Position numbers and translations under genes: made by a program. The notes beneath the pieces were generated by a model. It did no database searches, was not told where the DNA came from, and saw nothing but the letters and a program-made list of their open reading frames with translations. Shown piece after piece: positions 1 to 7,717 of a stretch of 41,797 nt of DNA; positions within the stretch are counted from its first letter, which is position 1; the number at the start of each line of letters is the position of its first letter. Source of the DNA: Myxococcota bacterium (GTDB lineage: Bacteria > Myxococcota > JACRCW01); assembly GCA_040752415.1 (NCBI GenBank), contig JBFMGU010000073.1:1-41797 (forward strand). Direction: 5' to 3'.

Positions 1-113
1 TGGCGTGATGGTGTTGGCGCGCCGCAAGGGCTGCGCATTTCCCGGGACGTGGGGAGATGGGCCCACGGCACAACGCGTGCAGTCCCGCTGCGGCAACCAG
101 AAAGCGGTGCATC

Positions 114-566
114 ATGGACAACACGCTGTTGAGCTACCGCAGGGTTCGCGGCCTGGAGTTTGCCGAGCGCTTCTACCGTCGGTTCCTGGCGCGCTCGCCC
201 GAGATCCAGGAGGTGTTCGCGCGGACGGACTTCAACCGCCAGCGCGAGATGCTGCTCCACGGGGTCTCCATGTTGTTGGAGCACGCGCATGGGCGCGCCG
301 TGGGCACGCTGGCGTTGCAACGGTTGCGCACGGTGCACGAAAAGATGCTGCTGCCCGCGTGGATGTACGACGTGTGGTGTGAGTGCCTGCTGGCCACGGT
401 GCAGGAGATGGACCCGGAGTGGACAGAGGAGCTGGCCTCGCAGTGGCGTCATGACCTGCAGTCCGGCGTGGAGCTGGTGCGCGGGCCCCTGCGCGAGGCC
501 AAGGCCCCAGCCGTGCCTCCCAAGGCCCCATCCGTGCCTCCGGGGAACACCGGCCGCACCCGGTGA
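114..566 (+). CDS. Single-domain globin (haemoglobin-like)
   Basis: FAERFYRRFLARSPEIQEVF (B10 Tyr, CD1 Phe), DFNRQREML (E7 Gln), LRTVHEK (proximal His), YDVWCECLLATV and W..ELASQW match bacterial single-domain globins. ATG 114 preferred over the ORF-track start at 57. Confidence 0.85.
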   Translation: MDNTLLSYRRVRGLEFAERFYRRFLARSPEIQEVFARTDFNRQREMLLHGVSMLLEHAHGRAVGTLALQRLRTVHEKMLLPAWMYDVWCECLLATVQEMDPEWTEELASQWRHDLQSGVELVRGPLREAKAPAVPPKAPSVPPGNTGRTR

Positions 567-653
567 CGACGGAAAGCGGGAGCGCGGACACCCACGTCCC
601 CTTTGCCGCGACGTCGTGGCGGGCCTACATCCCGGTGCGGAAGGGAGGCGGCC

Positions 654-1130
654 ATGCGGGTGCGTGCGCGCGTGGGTTGGACGGCGCTGGCGGTGGCGTT
701 GAGCTGGAGCGCGTGGGCCGCGGCGGCGCAGGATGACAACGAGGCCTCACGCTGGTCCCTGACCGTGGTCGACGAGACCCGGGGGCCGGTGGCGCTGCGG
801 GAGGTCCGCTGGAGCGTGGACGGTGGAGCGGAGGAGGTGCGCGCCGTGACGTCGTCCGCCAAGGGGGAGCCCATCACCGTCCACCAGGCCGCGCTCCCGG
901 TGGGCGGTCACGCGCTGCACGTGACGCTGGTCTACGAGGGCACCGGCTACGGCCTCTTCTCCTACCACCGCGGCTACCACTTCCTGGTGCAGCGCGACCA
1001 CGGCCTGGTGCTCGACGAGGGACAGCACACGCGGGTCACGGTGGTGGGGCGGGATGCGGGTCCGCTGGGCCAGCCCTTCCCGGAGAAGGCCGCGTTGCAG
1101 GTGCGCACCACGCAGGAGCCGCTGCGCTGA
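654..1130 (+). CDS. Secreted hypothetical protein, beta-rich
   Basis: AGGGAGG RBS precedes ATG 654. Signal peptide MRVRARVGWTALAVALSWSAWA. Motif GGHALHVTLVYEGTGYGLFSYHRGYHF resembles uncharacterised myxobacterial proteins. Confidence 0.65.
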   Translation: MRVRARVGWTALAVALSWSAWAAAAQDDNEASRWSLTVVDETRGPVALREVRWSVDGGAEEVRAVTSSAKGEPITVHQAALPVGGHALHVTLVYEGTGYGLFSYHRGYHFLVQRDHGLVLDEGQHTRVTVVGRDAGPLGQPFPEKAALQVRTTQEPLR

Positions 1131-1144
1131 GGCGCAATCCTTGC
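1130..1144 (+). promoter_or_regulatory. Possible sigma-54 (-24/-12) promoter
   Basis: aGGCgCaATCCTTGC has GG at 1131-1132 and GC at 1143-1144 with exact GG-N10-GC spacing and a TTGC -12 box, upstream of the DUF59/NnrS-like pair. Confidence 0.35.
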
Positions 1145-1229
1145 CGCGCGCGCCCGGTGGGGAACATGGCATCCCCGTTGCTCACGGTGGGCGGGAGGAC
1201 ACGCGCCCAGGGCGCCACGAGGTGTGAGC

Positions 1230-1559
1230 ATGGAGTCCGAGAACCCGACCTCGCCCGTCACGCCCGAGGCGGTGCGCGCGGCGTTGCGTCACGTTGTGGA
1301 CCCCGAGGTGGGGCTCAACGTGGTGGACCTGGGCCTGGTGCACGAGGTGCGGGTGGCGGAGCACGGCGTGCGCGTCCTCATGACCATGACCACGCCGGCC
1401 TGCCCGCTGGGGCCCTACCTGCGCAATGAGGTCACGCGGGCGGTGCGCGACGCGTTTCCCGGCCTGGCGCACGTCGAGGTGGAGCTGGTGTGGGAACCGC
1501 GCTGGACGCCGGACCGCATCTCCCCGGAGGGACGTGTGCAGCTGGGCTGGTCGTCCTGA
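1230..1559 (+). CDS. DUF59 / SufT-PaaD-like metal-sulfur cluster assembly protein
   Basis: ALRHVVDPEVGLNVVDLGLV, MTMTTPACP and VELVWEPRWTPDRIS are the family signature motifs. Confidence 0.92.
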   Translation: MESENPTSPVTPEAVRAALRHVVDPEVGLNVVDLGLVHEVRVAEHGVRVLMTMTTPACPLGPYLRNEVTRAVRDAFPGLAHVEVELVWEPRWTPDRISPEGRVQLGWSS

Positions 1560-1566
1560 GGAACGC

Positions 1567-2700
1567 ATGGGCCTTCTCGTGGAACGACCGCTGCTCACCC
1601 GTCTGCCGTTGTTGCTGCTGGCCGCCGCGTGCCTGGTGTCCGGGCTGTGGGCGGGGCTCGCGCGCGCCGGAATCCCCACGTCACCACCGGCCCTGATGAC
1701 CGCGCTGCACGGGGCCTTGATGGTGCCGGGCTTCTTTGCCGCACTCATCAGCCTGGAGCGCGCGGTGGCGGTGGGATTGCGCTGGGCGTACCTGGCGCCG
1801 CTGCTGGCCGCGGTGGGATGCCTGTCCGCCGCGCTGGGCGCGCCCGCCACGGTGGCCCTGTTTCTGGTCGGAGGAGCGTCGGCGGTGCTGACCGCGGCCT
1901 CGACGGTGGCGCTGCGGCGCATGCCCGAGCTGTTCACCGGCGTGATGCTGGCGGGCGCGTCGGCCCTGGTGGGCGGGAACCTGGTGTGGCTGCTGACCGG
2001 CGCTCCCACTCCCGCCACGTTGCTGTGGATGGCGTTCCTGGTGCTCACCATTGCCGCGGAGCGCCTGGAGCTCTCCCGACTCCAACCGCGCACGCGTGGC
2101 GCGGAGCGGCTGTTCCTCGTCGCGGTGGCGCTGGTCTTCACCGGTGCCGTGATGCACGTGGTGGCCGCGGATGCGGGGGCGCGGTTGGTGGGGGTGGGGC
2201 TGCTTGCCACGTCGTGGTGGTTGGTGCGCCATGACCTGGCCCGACGGACGGTCCGCCTCTCCGGGCTGCCGCGCTACACCGCGGTCTGTCTGCTCAGCGG
2301 CTACGCGTGGCTCTTCCTGGGCGGCGTCATGCTGCTGGCGACGGGATTGCCGCCCGCCGGGCTCCTGCGCGACGCCACGCTCCACGCGGTGTTCCTGGGA
2401 TTCGTGATGCCCATGGTGTTCGGGCACGCACCCATCATCCTGCCGGCCATCCTGCAGGTGGCGGTGCCGTTCCACCGCGCGCTCCACCTCCCGCTCGTCG
2501 TGCTGCACCTCTCCGTGGCGGCGCGCGTGGGCGCGGACCTGGCAGGGCATCCCGGTGCGCGCACGGTGGCGTCGGTGGCCAACGTGGCGGCGCTGGGGTT
2601 GTTCGTGGTGACCGTGCTGGTCTCCCGTCGCGTGCAGGCGGCGCGGCCGGTCAATCCGGTGGACGCGTGGCGGCCGGGCGCGGGAGCAGCTCGCGGATGA
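1567..2700 (+). CDS. Polytopic membrane protein, NnrS-like (NO/haem-copper associated)
   Basis: About 12 hydrophobic segments. Motifs HGALMVPGFFAALISLERAVA, FLVLTIAAERLELSR and LHAVFLGFVMPMVFGHAPIILP. Starts 7 bp after the DUF59 gene. Confidence 0.7.
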   Translation: MGLLVERPLLTRLPLLLLAAACLVSGLWAGLARAGIPTSPPALMTALHGALMVPGFFAALISLERAVAVGLRWAYLAPLLAAVGCLSAALGAPATVALFLVGGASAVLTAASTVALRRMPELFTGVMLAGASALVGGNLVWLLTGAPTPATLLWMAFLVLTIAAERLELSRLQPRTRGAERLFLVAVALVFTGAVMHVVAADAGARLVGVGLLATSWWLVRHDLARRTVRLSGLPRYTAVCLLSGYAWLFLGGVMLLATGLPPAGLLRDATLHAVFLGFVMPMVFGHAPIILPAILQVAVPFHRALHLPLVVLHLSVAARVGADLAGHPGARTVASVANVAALGLFVVTVLVSRRVQAARPVNPVDAWRPGAGAARG

Positions 2701-3751
2701 CCCGGCGTTGACCCTCGTCCAGCGCGTTGAACTGCAGGCCGGCGCCGCGTGGGGGCGCGGGCTGGTAGCGACGCACCTGGCCCTCCAACGTGACCGCCAG
2801 CAGGCGACCCGGGGGACGCATGCGCATCTGCACCGCCGTCCCCACCTCCAGGTTGGCCTCGGTGACGACGAACAGCCCGCCCTCGCTGACATCCAGGGTC
2901 CTCCCGCGCAGCTGCATCGAGGGCAGCTTCAAGATGACATCCACCTGCAGCGGTGCGCGCTCGTGGAGACGCGGGGGCACCGGGTCCTGGTCCGCGGAGG
3001 CCAGGGCCAGCAGGCGCAACGCGCCGGCCTCTCCGTCGGGAAACGCGACGCCGAGGCCGGGGGCCAGGACGTTGGAGCCCGCCTTCCGTCGCCACGCCAC
3101 GGCGCCCTGGAGCACGTAGTCGCGCACGCCCAGCTCCAGCACGTCCACCACCAGGCGCACCGTGGCGCCCAACCCCAGCTCAACCCACGGAGGCAACACC
3201 AGCTCCACGTGTTGGTGGCGGGGATGGAAGTCGCGCAGCAGGATGGCGGCGTTGCGGTAGCGCAGCTGGACGGTGGGAAGGCCGTCGACGACCCGCGCGG
3301 AGATCTCCCGCGGCGGTGCCATCACCGCGGGGTGGTGCTGGGGTCCCCAGACCGGCTCGGTGTCGACTTCGAACGGTGCTTCCCGGGACAGCGGCGCGCG
3401 ACGTGACCCGCAGCGCACCACCGTTTCCGGCAGGGAGACGCCCCGGGCGGAGGAGATCCGGTGGCTCAGCGCTTCCAGGATCCGCCCGTTGTGGGTGCCG
3501 TCCTTGAGCTCGGCCAGGAAGGCCACGTGCTGCGTGGCGGCCTCCAGGCGCACGCGCTCCGACGGCAGCTCCGCCCTGAGCACCAGGCTCCGCTCCAGCA
3601 GGGTCTCACCGTTGTGCAGCAGCGCGGTGTTGACGTGGGGCGCGGGAACGCGACGGACGCGGGTGGCCAGGCGGCAGGCGCAGCCCAGGTGGACCAGGTT
3701 GTCCTCGAGCGCCAGGGTGTCCGCCTGGTCGCGCGTGATGGCGTCACTCAC
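2651..3751 (-). CDS. Tandem PilZ-domain protein (myxobacterial TIGR02266-like) with an unrecognised N-terminal region
   Basis: C-terminal PilZ has RLHER (RxxxR), DVSEGG (DxSxxG) and GAGLQF. An upstream degenerate PilZ reads LQGAVAWRR...PGLGVAF. GTG start; overlaps the convergent gene by 50 bp. Confidence 0.85.
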   Translation of the reverse strand: MSDAITRDQADTLALEDNLVHLGCACRLATRVRRVPAPHVNTALLHNGETLLERSLVLRAELPSERVRLEAATQHVAFLAELKDGTHNGRILEALSHRISSARGVSLPETVVRCGSRRAPLSREAPFEVDTEPVWGPQHHPAVMAPPREISARVVDGLPTVQLRYRNAAILLRDFHPRHQHVELVLPPWVELGLGATVRLVVDVLELGVRDYVLQGAVAWRRKAGSNVLAPGLGVAFPDGEAGALRLLALASADQDPVPPRLHERAPLQVDVILKLPSMQLRGRTLDVSEGGLFVVTEANLEVGTAVQMRMRPPGRLLAVTLEGQVRRYQPAPPRGAGLQFNALDEGQRRVIRELLPRPAATRPPD

Positions 3752-3913
3752 AAGGGGTTCCCGCGCGGCACAGCTCGCCGCCAGTCCATCATGGCAACGG
3801 GCTCGGGTGATCGCAGGGGGTGAACGGATTCGCCCTCGTCGGGAACGGCGCTCATGTTCGCCGGGAATCCGTGCGGCGCTACAGTGCGGTCCCTCAGCTC
3901 AGGAGGCGCGCGG

Positions 3914-4426
3914 ATGGCCAGCAGGGTTCCACGGGACAGCGGTCCCATCACCGTGCGGCCCGCGCGCGTCGACGATCTCGAGGCCATGGGGCGGCTGGGC
4001 GGTGACCTGGTGCGCACCCATCACGCGCTGGATGCACAACGCTTCATGCTCCCCGACGACGTGGACGAGGGCTACCGCTGGTGGTTTGGCAAGGAGTTGG
4101 CCAACCGCAAGGCGCACCTGCTGGTGGCGGAGGCGCCGGATGGGAGCCTCGTGGGTTACGCCTACGCGCGCATGGAGCCGCGGGACTGGGCCGCGCTGCG
4201 CGACCGTTGCGCGGTGCTGCATGACATCCTGGTGGTGCCCGGGGCTCGTCGTCACGGCGTGGCGCGCCTGCTGCTGGACGCGGTGGCGCAATGGGCCCGG
4301 GAGCGTGGTGCGCCCCGCCTGGTGCTGCACACCGCGTCCGGCAATGAGGCGGCGCAGGCCCTGTTCCGCGGCGCGGGGTTCCGGCCCACCATGGTGGAGA
4401 TGACCCTGGAGCTCGACGAGGAGTGA
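3914..4426 (+). CDS. GNAT family N-acetyltransferase
   Basis: ITVRPARVDDL, the acetyl-CoA motif LHDILVVPGARRHGVARLLL, and NEAAQALFRGAGF. Confidence 0.92.
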   Translation: MASRVPRDSGPITVRPARVDDLEAMGRLGGDLVRTHHALDAQRFMLPDDVDEGYRWWFGKELANRKAHLLVAEAPDGSLVGYAYARMEPRDWAALRDRCAVLHDILVVPGARRHGVARLLLDAVAQWARERGAPRLVLHTASGNEAAQALFRGAGFRPTMVEMTLELDEE

Positions 4427-4430
4427 CGCC

Positions 4431-4877
4431 TCAGGCGCGTCGCCACGCCGTCTCCGGGAGGAAGCCCAGCGCGCGCACGTCGCCACGGCCGCCGCGGGCG
4501 CGGGACAACATCCGCTTGAAGCGCGCGTAGAGGGCGAAGAAGCGCCGGAGGTCACGTGCGTCGGAGGCGGACAGGCCGCGCGGGCTGCAGATGACCTTGG
4601 GGTCGGCCGCGCCCTCGTCGTGGAAGTTGAACACCGCCACCACCGGGACGCGCAGGCGGGTGCCGCGGGGCAGGCGTGGGCCCAGCACCAGGGCGTCCAG
4701 CGGGTCGCCGTCGCCCGAGGTCAGCGCGGGGATGCACCCGTAGTTGAAGGGGCAGGGAAAGGGGGAGATGAAGTCCACCGTGCCGTCGCTGCGACGCTTC
4801 ACCACCGAGAAGCGCGGCAGCTCCACCAGCACCTCCGGGGTGTCCTCCAGCAACGCCAGCACCGACGGTTCCATCAT
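4431..4877 (-). CDS. Family I soluble inorganic pyrophosphatase-like protein, short and divergent
   Basis: VELP, PFNYGCIP, GDGDPLDALVL and DEGAADPKVI motifs. Start at ATG 4877 or 4874. Confidence 0.85.
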   Translation of the reverse strand: MMEPSVLALLEDTPEVLVELPRFSVVKRRSDGTVDFISPFPCPFNYGCIPALTSGDGDPLDALVLGPRLPRGTRLRVPVVAVFNFHDEGAADPKVICSPRGLSASDARDLRRFFALYARFKRMLSRARGGRGDVRALGFLPETAWRRA

Positions 4878-4981
4878 GGGCCGCGCATCATACGGGCCCA
4901 CCTCCGCGCGGGCGACGCCCCTGTTGGTCCTCCGTGCGCCGTGCTACGGACGTCGCGTTCCCACGCTCCCGGAGGCGCACC

Positions 4982-5530
4982 ATGCTCGAGACCCTGCTCA
5001 ACCTCATCCCCTCCAAGAAGGCCCGCAACGTCGCCATGACGGCGGGCGGCATGGTGGCCCTGCTGGGCGGACGGAAGCTCGTGGGCCTGGGCCTGTTCGC
5101 CAAGGGCGCGCACGGGCTGGAGCAGTGCTGGCGTGAGGAGCACCCCGACTTCCAGGGCGGCCTCGCCGAGCGTTGGCAGCGCGCCATCAAGTTCTACGAG
5201 GCCACGCACAGCGACCCGATGAACCGCAAGCTGCACATCGTGGGCATCCCCATCATCCTGGGCGGCACCGCGGGACTGCTCATCTTCCGTCCCTACCGGC
5301 CGCTGTGGTTCATCTCGGCGGGCGCGTTCGCGGGCGGGTGGGCGCTCAACATCGTGGGGCACGCGGTGTTCGAGAAGAATGCGCCTGCGTTCGCGGATGA
5401 CCCGCTGAGCTTCCTTGCCGGACCCATCTGGGATTGGCAGCAGGTCAAGGGCAAGCGCCAGCGCGCCCCCGCCGCCTCCGACGAGGGCGAGGTGGTGAAC
5501 ATGCCCCCGGCGGAGAGCCAGGTGGTCTGA
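4982..5530 (+). CDS. DUF962 / Mpo1-like membrane protein
   Basis: FYEATHSDPMNRKLHIVGIP and GWALNIVGHAVFEKNAPAF are DUF962 His motifs. GGAGG RBS at 4971-4975. Confidence 0.85.
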   Translation: MLETLLNLIPSKKARNVAMTAGGMVALLGGRKLVGLGLFAKGAHGLEQCWREEHPDFQGGLAERWQRAIKFYEATHSDPMNRKLHIVGIPIILGGTAGLLIFRPYRPLWFISAGAFAGGWALNIVGHAVFEKNAPAFADDPLSFLAGPIWDWQQVKGKRQRAPAASDEGEVVNMPPAESQVV

Positions 5531-5554
5531 AGGGTTGTCGGGGATTCCCAAGAG

Positions 5555-5579
5555 GAAGTCAGAATTCAGAAGTCAGAAT
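5555..5579. repeat. Short heptamer-period tandem repeat
   Basis: G-AAGTCAG-AATTCAG-AAGTCAG-AAT; GAAGTCAGAAT occurs at 5555 and 5569. AT-rich relative to its flanks. Confidence 0.7.
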
Positions 5580-5795
5580 GTGGACCCGTCGTCGTCACGG
5601 GACCTTCCTCTGGCTTCCGCCCGTTTCTCCCGGCTTTCCATGAAAGCTCCGCCGCCCGACGGATGCGTGAGGCGCGCACCTGCACCGGGAATGCGCGCGG
5701 CTGTCCCATCCGTCGGATCAACGTACCGGCGGGCGTGAGCTGGAGCGAACGTGTGGCACGTCTGATTGGCGCACGCCGCGCCGCACAGGTGCAAC

Positions 5796-7181
5796 ATGGA
5801 GACGCACGTCCAACCCGGCCCCAGCAACGAGGTTGACGTCGACCGCGAGCTCGAGGGCGCGTTCGAGGGATTGTTCCGCGCCGCGGAGGCTCCGCGGGCC
5901 GTGGCCGCGCCGGAGCCGTCGGGGAAGCCCGCGGAATGGGTGGCGCCTCCGCCCACGCCGCCTCCCGCGCCGCCCAAGCAGCCCCTGGCGTGGTTCGTGG
6001 AAGCGGGGATGGAGCGCGAGGGACCGCTGACGCTGCAGGAGGTGGAGCAGCGCTGGATGGACGCCGACATCAGCTCCGACACCCTGGTGTGGCACGAGGG
6101 CATGGGGGATTGGCAGCACGTGCGCCTGGCGCCAGAGCTGGCCTACCTGGTGCGCCTGGTGCCGCAGCGCAAGGGACGGGGACAGGGCGCCAGACTGTCT
6201 CCGTCACCGGCGGGCGCGGGGGCCGCCACCAGCCTTGCCACGCCCAAGGGCTCCGACGTCAGCAAGGAGATGTGGTTCCCGCGTGGTCAGACCGGCGTGT
6301 ACGTGGCCACCGACCCCGCGCCCGCGCCGGTGGGCGACGCGCTCTCGGCGTCGATTCCCCTGCGCAAGCTGATGGCGGAGAGCGCACCCCGTCGGGTGTG
6401 GCCGTGGGCGATGGGCACGGGAGTGGGCGGCGCGGTGTTGGCGGCGGCGTTGGTGTTGGTGCCGGACCTGCTCGCTGCCGCCGCTTCCCCGACGACGCCA
6501 CCCGCGCCCGCCGTCGTCACTGCGCCCGTGGCCGTGGCGCCCGTCGGGGTCGCGCCCGTTCCCGCGCCCGGGGTTCCCCCGCCTGCCGCGGCGCCGACGG
6601 AAAACGCGCCCGCGCAGACCGTGGCGCAGGCGGAAGTGGGCCCGCCGCCACCGCCGGTCACGACGACGGAACCCGCGCCGAAGGAAGAGCCCGAGGCGCA
6701 CGCCGCCGTCGAGCCCAAGGAGGAGCGCGTCAGGGCCCGCACGGGACGACGTGGTCGGGTGCAACAGCGTGAGGCGGCTTCCCGGCCGGTGCGTCGCGCG
6801 CGCGGTTCCCACGCGGAGTGCGACCCCATTCTCTACCCGGATGGCTGTGAAACGCGCCGCGTGACGACGGAGAGCTCCACCCGTCAGACGCTCTCCAAGG
6901 CCGACGTGCTCAGGGTGGTGAAGGCCAACCGCGGCGAGGTGGCGCGCTGTGCGGCGCAGCATGGAATCCCTGCCGGAGCACCGGCGGCGGGCGTGATGTG
7001 GCTGAGCTGGACCATCCGTCCCGATGGGAGCACCACCGGCGTGAGAGTGGAGAGCCCGGAGATCAACGGCACCGGTCTGGGGAAGTGCGTGGCGCGCGCG
7101 GTCGATGCGTGGAAGTTCGACAGCTACGACGGGCCGCCGCTCAAGCCCATCCGCTTCCCGTTCAAGCTGGACCAGCTCTGA
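5796..7181 (+). CDS. GYF_2 (DUF4339) domain + TM + Pro-rich linker + AgmX/PglI-type TonB-C-like domain (GltJ-like architecture)
   Basis: WFVEAGMEREGPLTL...ISSDTLVWHEGMGDWQ (GYF_2), a hydrophobic segment, a Pro/Ala linker, and LSKADVLRVVKANRGEVARC...WTIRPDGST...LGKCVARAVDAWKF...IRFPFK. Confidence 0.8.
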   Translation: METHVQPGPSNEVDVDRELEGAFEGLFRAAEAPRAVAAPEPSGKPAEWVAPPPTPPPAPPKQPLAWFVEAGMEREGPLTLQEVEQRWMDADISSDTLVWHEGMGDWQHVRLAPELAYLVRLVPQRKGRGQGARLSPSPAGAGAATSLATPKGSDVSKEMWFPRGQTGVYVATDPAPAPVGDALSASIPLRKLMAESAPRRVWPWAMGTGVGGAVLAAALVLVPDLLAAAASPTTPPAPAVVTAPVAVAPVGVAPVPAPGVPPPAAAPTENAPAQTVAQAEVGPPPPPVTTTEPAPKEEPEAHAAVEPKEERVRARTGRRGRVQQREAASRPVRRARGSHAECDPILYPDGCETRRVTTESSTRQTLSKADVLRVVKANRGEVARCAAQHGIPAGAPAAGVMWLSWTIRPDGSTTGVRVESPEINGTGLGKCVARAVDAWKFDSYDGPPLKPIRFPFKLDQL

Positions 7182-7434
7182 CGAGGCCCCCGCCCGCCCG
7201 TCCACTGCACCCAGCCCGCCGCTGACGTCGCGAACTTTCGCATGCCCGGACAGCTGGTGACCCGTTGCTCTGGGACAGACACGGAAGACTTGGCGACGTC
7301 AGCTGCGGGCCTCGCACTGCTGCCGCCGGGAAAGAGCCAAACCGGACCGGCTCGTGGTCGTCGGGTCGGATTTGACACGGCGCGTCGTGGCAGCCCGTGG
7401 ATCTGGGGAGTGCAACTTTTGTTGCGTTGACTCT

Positions 7435-7482
7435 GGTGGAGGCGCTCGGGGGTCGCGCAAACTAAGTTTCTTCGCCTCCACC
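7435..7482. repeat. 10-bp perfect inverted repeat in the operon leader
   Basis: GGTGGAGGCG (7435-7444) and CGCCTCCACC (7473-7482) enclose an inner AAAC-taa-GTTT stem. Confidence 0.6.
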
Positions 7483-7717
7483 GCCGCGCATTTCGGGGTG
7501 GGTTGAAGCGCTCTGACCTCGCACTGCCTGTCCCGTAAGTCGTCGTGGCGCGCAGACTTTCCAGGGCATCACCCCACACGACATCCGCAGATCTTCGGCT
7601 AATCCGGCGAAGCCGATTTTGCTTGCCTCCAAAGGGCGAGCAAGCCCAAGCTCCCGCTTCAAACCGTTTGGGGGGATTCCCTTGCGATGGGTTCCGTTCC
7701 GCTCCGGCATTCGCACC

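Noticed and set aside
5754..5770. TGGCACG resembling a sigma-54 -24 box upstream of the GYF_2 gene
   Set aside because: The position requiring GC (5767-5768) reads TG, so the strict GG-N10-GC spacing fails.
7372..7400. Perfect TTGACA -35 hexamer in the operon leader
   Set aside because: No plausible -10 element 16-18 bp downstream, so it cannot be called a sigma-70 promoter.
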